DNA of 64,000 bases, taken from contig DJFX01000043.1 in the NCBI GenBank assembly GCA_002432635.1, forward strand, positions 90,173 through 154,172, given 5' to 3'. Positions 19,703 through 28,113 of this stretch are shown here, in pieces (within the stretch, counting starts at the first letter, position 1; every line of letters starts with the position of its first letter). Both the position numbers and the translations under genes were made by a program. Below the pieces are notes generated by a model that was not told the origin of the DNA, ran no database searches, and saw nothing but the letters and a program-made list of their open reading frames with translations. The DNA is from Halothiobacillaceae bacterium UBA5861 (GTDB lineage: Bacteria; Pseudomonadota; Gammaproteobacteria; UBA5861).

Positions 19703-19963
19703 ATGAAGAAATCAAATATTGCTGTTGTGTCTGCATTAACAGGTCTTTTAGCAATGGGTACTACACTGGCGACTGCGCCGGCTGTCGCAGCTGACAAAGA
19801 GAAATGCTACGGTGTTTCTAAAGCAGGTAAAAATGACTGCGCAACATCAAACAGTTCTTGCGCGGGCACTGCTAAGAAAGACGGTCAGCCAGATGCTTTC
19901 GTGGCGGTTCCCAAAGGTCTTTGTGAAAAGCTTGTGGGTGGCAGCTTAACGCCCAAGTCTTAA
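19703..19963 (+). CDS. bufA: DUF2282 family secreted Cys-containing peptide: bufferin-type (BufA1-like) RiPP precursor
   Basis: 86 aa. It has a Sec signal (MKKSNIAVVSALTGLLAMGTTLATAPAVAA|DKEK) and the DUF2282 signature EKCYGVSKAGKNDCA..SCAG....VPKGLCEKLVGGS with 4 Cys. A GTGAGG RBS lies about 9 nt upstream of the ATG at 19703. The longer ORF-track start at 19640 has no RBS and would bury the signal peptide. Confidence 0.85.
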   Translation: MKKSNIAVVSALTGLLAMGTTLATAPAVAADKEKCYGVSKAGKNDCATSNSSCAGTAKKDGQPDAFVAVPKGLCEKLVGGSLTPKS

Positions 19964-19981
19964 TTATTTTTTGAAGGTGCT

Positions 19982-20015
19982 GCACTTATCCTGTCACAAC
20001 GCATGGGATAAGTGC
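19982..20015 (+). other. Perfect 10-bp stem-loop between the precursor gene and the DUF692 gene
   Basis: GCACTTATCC-(14 nt)-GGATAAGTGC, followed by CAAAAAA with no U-tract. The 3' arm overlaps the GTG at 20012. Confidence 0.7.
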
Positions 20016-20881
20016 CAAAAAATATCATGGAAAAGAACCAAATTCCCGCCAAAGCTGTTGGTTTGGGGCTGCGAGCGCCTCACTATGAGGAGGTCGTACA
20101 GAACAAACCCAAAGTTCCCTGGTTTGAGGTGCACAGCGAAAACTACTTTGACGAATGTGGGCTTAACCGCCATTTTTTGCGGGAAATTGCGCCGCATTAT
20201 CCACTCAGCTTCCACGGGGTAGGTTTGTCATTAGGTTCTTGTGATGAACTGAGTTCACATCACTTGAAGCAATTAAAAGCCTTGATCAATGAATTTCAAC
20301 CCGCGCTGATTTCAGAACATTTAAGTTGGACGGGGACCAATGGGCAATTTTTCAACGACCTGTTACCACTGCCCTATACAGAAGAAGCGCTCAATCTTTT
20401 TTGTCAAAAGGTTGATTGCGTGCAAACGGAGCTTGGACAAAAAATACTGATTGAAAACCCGACGGCTTATCTCCAGTTTGCGGTTTCTCATATGAAAGAA
20501 TGGGAGTTTCTTAATCAGCTTCAGGCGCGTACGGGTTGTGGTTTACTGCTCGATCTGAACAATATTTACGTTAACGCCAGTAACCATGGTGATTCGGCAG
20601 CCACTTATCTGGAATCGATTAACTGGTCTGCGGTTGAAGAAATTCATTTGGCCGGATTTACGGTGAATGAGTACGAGGACGGTGCCATTTTGATCGACAC
20701 ACATGGCAGCCGTGTGCATGACGAAGTCTGGGCACTTTATCGTCAAGCCACGATACAAACAGAGGCACCTGTACTGATCGAATGGGATACCGATATCCCT
20801 GACTTGACTGTACTGGAGGAAGAAGCGGCGAAAGCCCGCCAAATAAATGCAGCCATACAACAGGTGGCAGCATGGGCTTGA
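20012..20881 (+). CDS. bufB: DUF692 family protein (MNIO, multinuclear non-heme iron oxidative enzyme; BufB/MbnB-like)
   Basis: 289 aa with GLGLRAPHY...WFEVHSENYF and TIM-barrel xylose-isomerase-like motifs typical of DUF692. The start is ambiguous, either GTG at 20012 or ATG at 20027. Confidence 0.88.
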   Translation: MPKNIMEKNQIPAKAVGLGLRAPHYEEVVQNKPKVPWFEVHSENYFDECGLNRHFLREIAPHYPLSFHGVGLSLGSCDELSSHHLKQLKALINEFQPALISEHLSWTGTNGQFFNDLLPLPYTEEALNLFCQKVDCVQTELGQKILIENPTAYLQFAVSHMKEWEFLNQLQARTGCGLLLDLNNIYVNASNHGDSAATYLESINWSAVEEIHLAGFTVNEYEDGAILIDTHGSRVHDEVWALYRQATIQTEAPVLIEWDTDIPDLTVLEEEAAKARQINAAIQQVAAWA

Positions 20882-21618
20882 AAGAGATTCAGGAACAGTT
20901 TTCATCTGCTTTGCTGGATAAGAGCGAAGCCTTTTCCTTACAGATTTTGCCGGGTACGTTTCAGGCCGATCAACGGATACAGCTCTACAGAAACAATTTT
21001 TACATCAGCTTATCCGAGGTCCTGTCAGGAGTATTTCCCGTCACCCATGCACTGGTGGGAGATACGTTTTTTGCACAGTTATGTAAAGCGTTTATCCGTC
21101 AACATCCGCCAGCTGAAGGTTCTGTGACACATTACGGAGCAGATCTACCTGACTTTATTGCTTGCCTTTCGCAGGCCGAAAGCACACCCTACTTGGCCGA
21201 CGTTGCCCGTCTTGAATGGGCTTATGCAAAGGTCAACGAATATTGGAAAGTTGAAATGCCTTTCCCGTTTGAAAAGCTGGCGCTGGTTGTCCCGGAAGAG
21301 TGGCCCAATATCCTTTTTAAGTTAGCCAAGAATGTCCACCTGATCTGTTCAGACTTTGCCGTACTGGATATTGTTAACGGTGTGCGGAATGACTGTCTGG
21401 AGGACGTGGTGGTGGCGATTCCGCAGCAGATAATCATCTCTGGAGCGGCTAATCAAGAGATTCAGTGTCAGGCGGTTTCGCCACCAGAATATGCTTTTTT
21501 AGAGGCTATCACCCGAGGTATTGCTTTAGGAGAGACCAGCCCACCACCTGATTTTGAAGCATTCCTGCAGAACATGATCATCAAAGGTGTGATTGATGAT
21601 TTTGAAATGCTGGATTAA
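20872..21618 (+). CDS. bufC: DUF2063 family protein (MNIO partner, BufC-like)
   Basis: 248 aa with RIQLYRNNFYISLSEVL..FPV...LVGDTFF and YLADVARLEWA, characteristic of DUF2063. Its ATG overlaps the end of the DUF692 gene by 10 nt. Confidence 0.85.
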   Translation: MGLKEIQEQFSSALLDKSEAFSLQILPGTFQADQRIQLYRNNFYISLSEVLSGVFPVTHALVGDTFFAQLCKAFIRQHPPAEGSVTHYGADLPDFIACLSQAESTPYLADVARLEWAYAKVNEYWKVEMPFPFEKLALVVPEEWPNILFKLAKNVHLICSDFAVLDIVNGVRNDCLEDVVVAIPQQIIISGAANQEIQCQAVSPPEYAFLEAITRGIALGETSPPPDFEAFLQNMIIKGVIDDFEMLD

Positions 21619-21628
21619 GGAGATAAAA

Positions 21629-22075
21629 ATGATAACAACACTGATTAAAAGCTATGATCGCCTGGTCGAGACACTGGTGGAATACACAACCCCCGTTATC
21701 CTGCTCGCCATGCGGCTGCTGGTTGCGGAGGCTTTTTTCCGGGCAGGACAAACAAAAATTGCTAACTGGGATAGTACGCTCTACTTGTTTGAAGCGGAGT
21801 ACAGCGTTCCGCTGTTACCTTATGAGCTGGCGGCTTACCTGGCGACTGCGACAGAGTTAATCATTCCTGTGCTCCTGGTGTTCGGTTTTTTGGTACGCCC
21901 GGCGGCAGCGGTGCTGTTTGTTTTTAACATCGTTGCTGTTATTTCCTATCCCGTATTATGGGAACAGGGTTTCTATGACCACCGTTACTGGGGGGCCATG
22001 TTATTGACTCTTTGTTTACTGGGTGCGGGTAAAATTTCGATCGATTATTGGTTGAGAAGTCGCTTGTCTGGCTGA
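21629..22075 (+). CDS. DoxX family membrane protein
   Basis: 148 aa with four predicted TM helices and a DoxX-like motif (LLAMRLLVAEAFFRAGQTK). AAGGAG lies 7 nt upstream of the ATG at 21629, which begins 10 nt after the DUF2063 stop. Confidence 0.8.
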   Translation: MITTLIKSYDRLVETLVEYTTPVILLAMRLLVAEAFFRAGQTKIANWDSTLYLFEAEYSVPLLPYELAAYLATATELIIPVLLVFGFLVRPAAAVLFVFNIVAVISYPVLWEQGFYDHRYWGAMLLTLCLLGAGKISIDYWLRSRLSG

Positions 22076-22170
22076 TGAGAAAATCGGAAAATTTGCACAG
22101 ATTGTTCACCTTCTGTGAGCAAGGTAAACCGGGAAGTGGTCTTATGGCGTGACTGGAATATGTTAGCCCT

Positions 22171-22443
22171 ATGCAAAACAGACGATTAACAGATCTTAGA
22201 AACATTGGCAAAAAGATTGCGAGCCGGCTGAACGAAATCGGCATTTTCACAGAGGACGATTTACGCTGCTCAGGACCTGCTCTCACCCACCAGAAACTTA
22301 AAGCACAGTATCCGGATGAGACCCTGCCTGTTTGTTACTACCTCTATGCCTTTGAAGGTGCGCTCTGTGACCGACACTGGAACGAAATCGGTGATTCGAG
22401 AAAGCAAGCATTACTCACCGAAACAGGTCTAATAAACACATAA
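22171..22443 (+). CDS. TfoX/Sxy C-terminal-domain-only protein
   Basis: 90 aa. LTDLRNIGKKIASRLNEIGIFTEDDL resembles the helix-hairpin-helix of the TfoX C-terminal domain. Confidence 0.7.
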   Translation: MQNRRLTDLRNIGKKIASRLNEIGIFTEDDLRCSGPALTHQKLKAQYPDETLPVCYYLYAFEGALCDRHWNEIGDSRKQALLTETGLINT

Positions 22444-22618
22444 ACAGGCGGCGACTTGCGAGCAAACACTCAGCGCCTCGCTGAAATGCTAACGGGTTTT
22501 TTTGTGTCAAACGTTGTGTACGTTTTAGGTGGCTTCCACACTCTCTTCTTTGCTGCTGAGCCAAGAATGTAGACAAATCCGGAAAAAACAGGAATGCTTA
22601 GTCGTTTTATACGACTGA

Positions 22619-23431
22619 GTGGACACCGCCTTTGTGGAACCAATAAATAAACTCAACCGGACAGTTATTCTGGATGAGATCGGGCGCATTGCGCCAAACC
22701 TTCGTGTGGATTTGGAACTGCTGGATCTGGTGGACTCCACAAATACCCGTTTAATGAATGCTCAGGGGCATGATTTTATCCCTACAGTTTGCGTGGCCGA
22801 GCAACAAACAGCAGGCCGGGGGCGCCGAGGACGCGAGTGGGTTTCTCCAAGAGGGTCCATTTTGTTTTCAATACGTCGCCGGTTTCGCCAGCCGCCTGAT
22901 CAGATGATGGGGCTCAGCTTAGCGGCCGGTGTTGCTGTTGCTGAGGCGTTGCGTCAGTTTGGCGCAAAGGATGTTGGACTCAAGTGGCCAAACGACCTTT
23001 TATGGCGCAATCGCAAGTTGGCGGGTTTGCTGGTCGAGATGAGCTCCCACGGCAGTGATTTGCGTGCCGTTACTGGCGTGGGAATGAATTACACCATGCC
23101 CGAAAAGCAGGCTGATAACATTGGTCAGCCGTGGGCCAACCTGACAGACGTGTTTGACATCGTGCCGGAGCGGAACCGGATCATTGGTGCGCTGATAGGG
23201 CATTTATTGAATGCGCTTAATACCTTTGAACAAATGGGTTTAAGCGCTTTTTCTGAACGGTGGGAGCCGTTTGATCTATTGCGTGGTAAGACGGTGGACA
23301 TCTTTTCAAACGAAACAGTTGAAAGCGGTGTGGTAACCGGTATTGATTCCAGCGGAGCTTTGTGTGTTGATATGCAGGGTCATGTGAAGCGCTTCTATGC
23401 GGGGGAAGTCAGTGTCAGGCGGAAAAACTAA
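22619..23431 (+). CDS. birA: Biotin-[acetyl-CoA-carboxylase] ligase (no N-terminal HTH; class I type)
   Basis: 270 aa with the GRGRRGREW biotin-binding loop and KWPNDL. An in-frame TGA lies immediately upstream of the GTG start, so no DNA-binding domain can be present. Confidence 0.9.
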   Translation: MDTAFVEPINKLNRTVILDEIGRIAPNLRVDLELLDLVDSTNTRLMNAQGHDFIPTVCVAEQQTAGRGRRGREWVSPRGSILFSIRRRFRQPPDQMMGLSLAAGVAVAEALRQFGAKDVGLKWPNDLLWRNRKLAGLLVEMSSHGSDLRAVTGVGMNYTMPEKQADNIGQPWANLTDVFDIVPERNRIIGALIGHLLNALNTFEQMGLSAFSERWEPFDLLRGKTVDIFSNETVESGVVTGIDSSGALCVDMQGHVKRFYAGEVSVRRKN

Positions 23432-23434
23432 ATC

Positions 23435-24157
23435 ATGCGCTTGCTGGTAGATTTAGGGAACACGCGGTTAAAGTGGGGGCTCTGGTCTGAAGGAGGGCTT
23501 GTTGAACAGCGGGCTTTGGTGTGGTTTCGTGAAAAACTGGCTTCACAGCTCGATCATGTGTGGCGCGATTATCAACCTGACAAAGTTGTTGTCTGTAGCG
23601 TGGCGGATACCCAGCTGAATGACGTTATTGCCGCCTGGACGCAACGGGCTTGGGGACTGGTACCTGTTTTTGCTGAATCATCTCGTATGTATAAAACACT
23701 GGTCAGTGCATATGAGGTGCCGGAGCAGCTTGGGAATGACCGGTGGGCTGCCATGCTGGGTGGGCAATTATTGTGCGAAACGGGTTTCACTGTGATTGAC
23801 TGCGGCACGGCCGTTACCGTTGATTTGGTCTCGTCACAAGGCCGACACTTAGGCGGTTGTATTTTTCCGGGGCTGCAGACCATGCGCGAGTCACTGGGAA
23901 GGCGCGCTTACAATTTACCCGTTGCATCGGGGCAAACAAATTTGTTCGCCAGTAACACAGAAGATGCGATTTCAGGAGGCACCTTGTACACTATTGCCGG
24001 TGGTATTGATCGGATGCTCGAATTAGCGACTGCCGAAGCCAATGAGCCTCTGACTCACTTCATCACGGGAGGCGATGCACAGCAGGTTCAGTTATGCTTG
24101 CACATGGAAACGTGCTTCGTTGAATCACTGGTATTAATGGGCCTATCCCTTTACTGA
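23435..24157 (+). CDS. coaX: Type III pantothenate kinase
   Basis: 240 aa with LLVDLGNTRLKW, GNDRWAA and DCGTAVTVD. The birA-coaX order is conserved. Confidence 0.92.
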   Translation: MRLLVDLGNTRLKWGLWSEGGLVEQRALVWFREKLASQLDHVWRDYQPDKVVVCSVADTQLNDVIAAWTQRAWGLVPVFAESSRMYKTLVSAYEVPEQLGNDRWAAMLGGQLLCETGFTVIDCGTAVTVDLVSSQGRHLGGCIFPGLQTMRESLGRRAYNLPVASGQTNLFASNTEDAISGGTLYTIAGGIDRMLELATAEANEPLTHFITGGDAQQVQLCLHMETCFVESLVLMGLSLY

Positions 24158-24165
24158 ACATAATT

Positions 24166-25089
24166 ATGCGACCTTTTGTTCTGCTTTTTATCTTGCTGAA
24201 TATTCTGTTTTTTCTTTGGGGAAAATATATTCATACCGAGCCTGACTCGGACACAACTCGTAAACGTTCTACGCAAGTAGAACAGCTGGTTTTACAATCA
24301 GAAGTGCATGAGTCATTACCGAAAACAGAATTAGAGCCTGAAATTCCTGCTCAGGTTGAACCTTCTGCTGAGCAGGATGAGGCCGAAGAAGAGCCTCAAG
24401 TCCTGGAGCAGGAGAAAGAAGATGAAGAAGATACTCAAGCCGCTGACCAGGCCAATGAGGAAGCTCCTGTGGAAGAAGAGCAAACATCAGAGTCGAAGCC
24501 GGAGTTACCGCCGGTCATGTCTTCACTTCCTTCTGAGTCTGCCGAGGCTGAAGAGAAAGCGCCTGATGAGCCGAATGAAAAAGAGTCGGCGCTGCAACAG
24601 ATTGTGGAAAATACGGTATCCGCGAGTGACCTATGCTTTACTGTAGGACCTTTTGAAACAGAAGCAGATACGGCCGATGCCGTTGTTAAATTAGTTGATG
24701 TTGGCCTTAATCCCAGTGAGCGCATTTTGACAGAAAAAGAAATCGCGTATTACCGTGTGTATATTGCGCCACCAAACGGCCAAACGGCGAGTCTTACGAC
24801 AAAAGCGCTGAAAGACAAAGGAATTCGAGAGTTTTATGTCATGACAGAGGCCGGGATGGAAAACATGATTTCCCTGGGCTTGTTCAAAGAACGGCGCAAT
24901 GCACTGAAAAAAGAGAAAGAGTTGAAGAAAAAGGGCTTTGATGCCCGCTTGAAAACGCGCTATCGAGAGAAAGCACTGCATTGGCTTGATTACAAAGATA
25001 ACGAGACGGTAGTGACGCCCGAACAATTAAAACAATGGTTTCCTGATGATGTACTCCATCGCCTGGAAAGAGAGTGTCGCTCATTGTAG
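24166..25089 (+). CDS. SPOR domain protein with N-terminal TM anchor and acidic low-complexity linker
   Basis: N-terminal hydrophobic helix, an E/P/Q-rich linker and a C-terminal SPOR-like repeat (YRVYIAP...ISLGLFKERRNA). Confidence 0.75.
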   Translation: MRPFVLLFILLNILFFLWGKYIHTEPDSDTTRKRSTQVEQLVLQSEVHESLPKTELEPEIPAQVEPSAEQDEAEEEPQVLEQEKEDEEDTQAADQANEEAPVEEEQTSESKPELPPVMSSLPSESAEAEEKAPDEPNEKESALQQIVENTVSASDLCFTVGPFETEADTADAVVKLVDVGLNPSERILTEKEIAYYRVYIAPPNGQTASLTTKALKDKGIREFYVMTEAGMENMISLGLFKERRNALKKEKELKKKGFDARLKTRYREKALHWLDYKDNETVVTPEQLKQWFPDDVLHRLERECRSL

Positions 25090-25101
25090 CGAGCAAGTAG
25101 C

Positions 25102-26682
25102 ATGACGGCTGACAGGCTTGTATTTGGTGACCATCCATCTCAGCTTGCCTGGGGCATCGGAGATATCGCCCGCAAGCGTGCCCAGCTCACGCCGGATGCA
25201 ACAGCCTTCGTGTTTGAAGACGTCCCGGTCACTTATCACACGCTGAATGTGCGAGTTAACCAGGTTGCTCACGCACTGAAAAAGTCGGGCCTAAAAAAAG
25301 GCGACCGGGTGGCCACGCTGCTTTTCAACGGTCCTGCTTTTATTGAGACCTACTTTGCAGCGGCCAAGTTAGGTGCCATTTTTGTCCCGCTCAACTTTCG
25401 GCTGGTTGCACCGGAAATCCAATATCAGCTGAACAATAGCGGTGCTTGTTTATTCATTTTTGACGAGCAGATGACCGCCGAGGTTGCAAAGATCCGAAAT
25501 GCTACTTCCATTCGGCCCGGAGGCTTTGTTGTCGTCACGGAAACGCCGGATCTGTCTGAAGGTTATCCGCAGTGGGTGAGTCCGTTTGAAAGCTGGATCA
25601 AAGCTGAGCCGAGCACAGAACCTCACCCGGATACCCCGGTCTCACTCATGGACCCGCTTGCGATTATCCACACCTCCGGTGTGACCGGAAACCCCAAAGG
25701 TGCGGTAGTCTCACATTTACAAACCTACTTTAAATGTATGCAGGTTGTGATGTATACGGATATGCGCTCAGATGATATTTTTCTTGCGCAAATTCCACTT
25801 TTCCACTCAGCGGGGCTTTCGGTTGTTCTCACTCCTGTTCTTTTTCGGGGAGCGGCTTTCTTACTGCGCAAACACTTTGATCCCAGCGTGTTTGCCAGAG
25901 ATATTGAAAAATACAAGCCCACAATTATTCTGGCACTGACCACAATGTGGCGGTTTGTGTTAGAGACGGGTGAGCTGGACCGCATGGACTTATCTTGCGT
26001 GCGGCAAGTACTAGGGGGTGGTGAGCGTACGCCGGCATCTCTTCTGGAAACGTTGGCCGATCGAGGGATTCATTTACAGCAAGTTTTTGGACAAACCGAA
26101 AATTCCGCCATGATGGTGCTGCCTGGACAAGATGTTCATCGTAAAGCTGGGTCAGTCGGCATGCCCGGTATGTGCAATGATGTATGGATCGCGGATGAAA
26201 ACGGCCAAGCTGTGCAACCCGGGACACAGGGGCGAATTCTGGCGAGAGGGCCAACGGTCATGAGTGGTTACTGGGGCATGCCGGAAAAAACTGCAGAAAG
26301 TTTAAGCCAGGAAGGTGTGCTGGATACCGGTGACATTGGCTTTATGGATGAAGACGGATACTTTTATATTGTTGATCGTGCTAAAGATATGTATCGATCA
26401 GGAGGGGAGAATGTGTACCCTGCCGAAGTGGAAAAAGTACTCATGCAGCACGCGGGCATTGTGCATGCCGCAGTGGTGGGGGTTAATGATGAGACATGGG
26501 GGGAGGCCGGTAAAGCCTTTGTGGTGTTGCAAAAGGGCGCTAATCTGAGCCTGGCAGACCTTCATCGTTTTCTTGAAGGAAAGCTGGCGCGTTACAAATA
26601 TCCCCGCCACCTCGAAGTTTTGGATGCGCTACCACTCACGGCCTCGGGCAAGGTGCATAAGGCGCAGTTGAAAAAGAGGTAG
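25102..26682 (+). CDS. AMP-dependent acyl-CoA synthetase / ligase
   Basis: 526 aa with the AMP-binding motifs IIHTSGVTGNPKG, GQTE, DTGDIG and GKVHKAQL. Confidence 0.88.
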   Translation: MTADRLVFGDHPSQLAWGIGDIARKRAQLTPDATAFVFEDVPVTYHTLNVRVNQVAHALKKSGLKKGDRVATLLFNGPAFIETYFAAAKLGAIFVPLNFRLVAPEIQYQLNNSGACLFIFDEQMTAEVAKIRNATSIRPGGFVVVTETPDLSEGYPQWVSPFESWIKAEPSTEPHPDTPVSLMDPLAIIHTSGVTGNPKGAVVSHLQTYFKCMQVVMYTDMRSDDIFLAQIPLFHSAGLSVVLTPVLFRGAAFLLRKHFDPSVFARDIEKYKPTIILALTTMWRFVLETGELDRMDLSCVRQVLGGGERTPASLLETLADRGIHLQQVFGQTENSAMMVLPGQDVHRKAGSVGMPGMCNDVWIADENGQAVQPGTQGRILARGPTVMSGYWGMPEKTAESLSQEGVLDTGDIGFMDEDGYFYIVDRAKDMYRSGGENVYPAEVEKVLMQHAGIVHAAVVGVNDETWGEAGKAFVVLQKGANLSLADLHRFLEGKLARYKYPRHLEVLDALPLTASGKVHKAQLKKR

Positions 26683-26760
26683 TGCGGCGACGGGAACATT
26701 TGTGATCGTGAGTGCTTCACCTAAGCGGTCCACACTGATAAAAAATAACCACAGGCAAAT

Positions 26761-28113
26761 ATGGGGAAGGTTATGGTTGATCGTACTCTCACAGAAGAGC
26801 TTGCCACATTCATTGTTGACACAGACACTGACAGTATTCCTGAAGACGTGTACGGGCATGCGAAAGTGTGTTTCCAGGATTGGCTGGGTGTTGCTGTGGC
26901 TGGCGCCAATGAGCCTCTGGTTGGAAAATTGAGGGCGCACTCCGATCGGATGGGGGGCTATGAGCAGGCCTCTCTGATCGGGCATTGGCAGAAAAAAAAC
27001 GTTGAGCAGGCTGCGATGATTAATGGCGCGGCTTCGCATGCGTTGGATTACGATGACTCCAGCATGAGCATGATTGGTCACCCTTCGGTCGTTTTATTTC
27101 CGGGAACGCTGGCACTGGCTGAATGGCGGTCACACAGTGGCCGTGATTTTCTCACGGCTTTTATTGTGGGGCTGCAGGTTGCCTCAACCTTGGGTGAGTG
27201 CGTGGGGAAATCACATTACATGAAGGGCTGGCATGCCACCTCAACACTGGGACATGTCGGTGCGGCGGCGGCGGCTGCGCGCTTGCTTGGACTCAATCGT
27301 GAACAAACATTGAACGCCTTGGGTATCGCGGCCACCCAAGCCGGTGGCCTCAAACGCGTTTTCGGTACCATGTGTAAACCCTTTCATGCGGGCAATGCTG
27401 CTGCGAATGCGGTTTCTTCCGTCTTGCTGGCTGAAGACGGGTTTACCAGTGCAAATAATATCATTGAAGGGCCATTTGGCTTTTTAAGTGTGATGGCCAG
27501 TGAAAACAATGTCAGTGCGTTTGATCACCTGGCGAGGCAGTGGGATATTGATCGCGTGGCGCAAAAATATCATGCGTCCTGTCATGGAACTCATGCCCCC
27601 ATCGAAGCGGCTCTTGAGGTTGTAAAAACGAACTGTTTGGCCATTGAGGATATTCAGTCAATCCATGTGTCTTGTTCCCATCTGGCTGTTGACGCAGCGA
27701 GTATCCTGGCACCTCAAACAGGGTTGGAAGGCAAATTCAGCATAAATTACTGTGTTGCTAATGCGCTGTTGCGGGGGCATACCGGGATGCAGGCCTTTAC
27801 TGATGAAAAAGTCCATGACTTGAGGGGCAAGGCGCTGTACGAAAACATCACAGTAATTCGCGATGATCGCCTCGGTGAGCTGGAAAGCCGCGTGGTGATC
27901 AATACCAAGTCAGGGCAGACCCTGACAGGCCGTGTAGATGTGATGACGAATATTCCACCGTTGCCCGTCAAGGCAGAGAAAATTCAAAATAAAGTGCTGG
28001 ATATTCTGGAGCCGGTTTGGGGGCGCTCAAAAGCTTCTGCCGTATTGCAAACGCTATCCAAGCTGGAGACTGTGGATACGATGGCAGATTTGATGAGGCA
28101 ACTCAAAGATTAA
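26761..28113 (+). CDS. MmgE/PrpD family protein (2-methylcitrate dehydratase-like)
   Basis: 450 aa with PrpD-family motifs (ALDYDD, GWHATSTLG, KPFHAGNAA). Confidence 0.85.
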   Translation: MGKVMVDRTLTEELATFIVDTDTDSIPEDVYGHAKVCFQDWLGVAVAGANEPLVGKLRAHSDRMGGYEQASLIGHWQKKNVEQAAMINGAASHALDYDDSSMSMIGHPSVVLFPGTLALAEWRSHSGRDFLTAFIVGLQVASTLGECVGKSHYMKGWHATSTLGHVGAAAAAARLLGLNREQTLNALGIAATQAGGLKRVFGTMCKPFHAGNAAANAVSSVLLAEDGFTSANNIIEGPFGFLSVMASENNVSAFDHLARQWDIDRVAQKYHASCHGTHAPIEAALEVVKTNCLAIEDIQSIHVSCSHLAVDAASILAPQTGLEGKFSINYCVANALLRGHTGMQAFTDEKVHDLRGKALYENITVIRDDRLGELESRVVINTKSGQTLTGRVDVMTNIPPLPVKAEKIQNKVLDILEPVWGRSKASAVLQTLSKLETVDTMADLMRQLKD

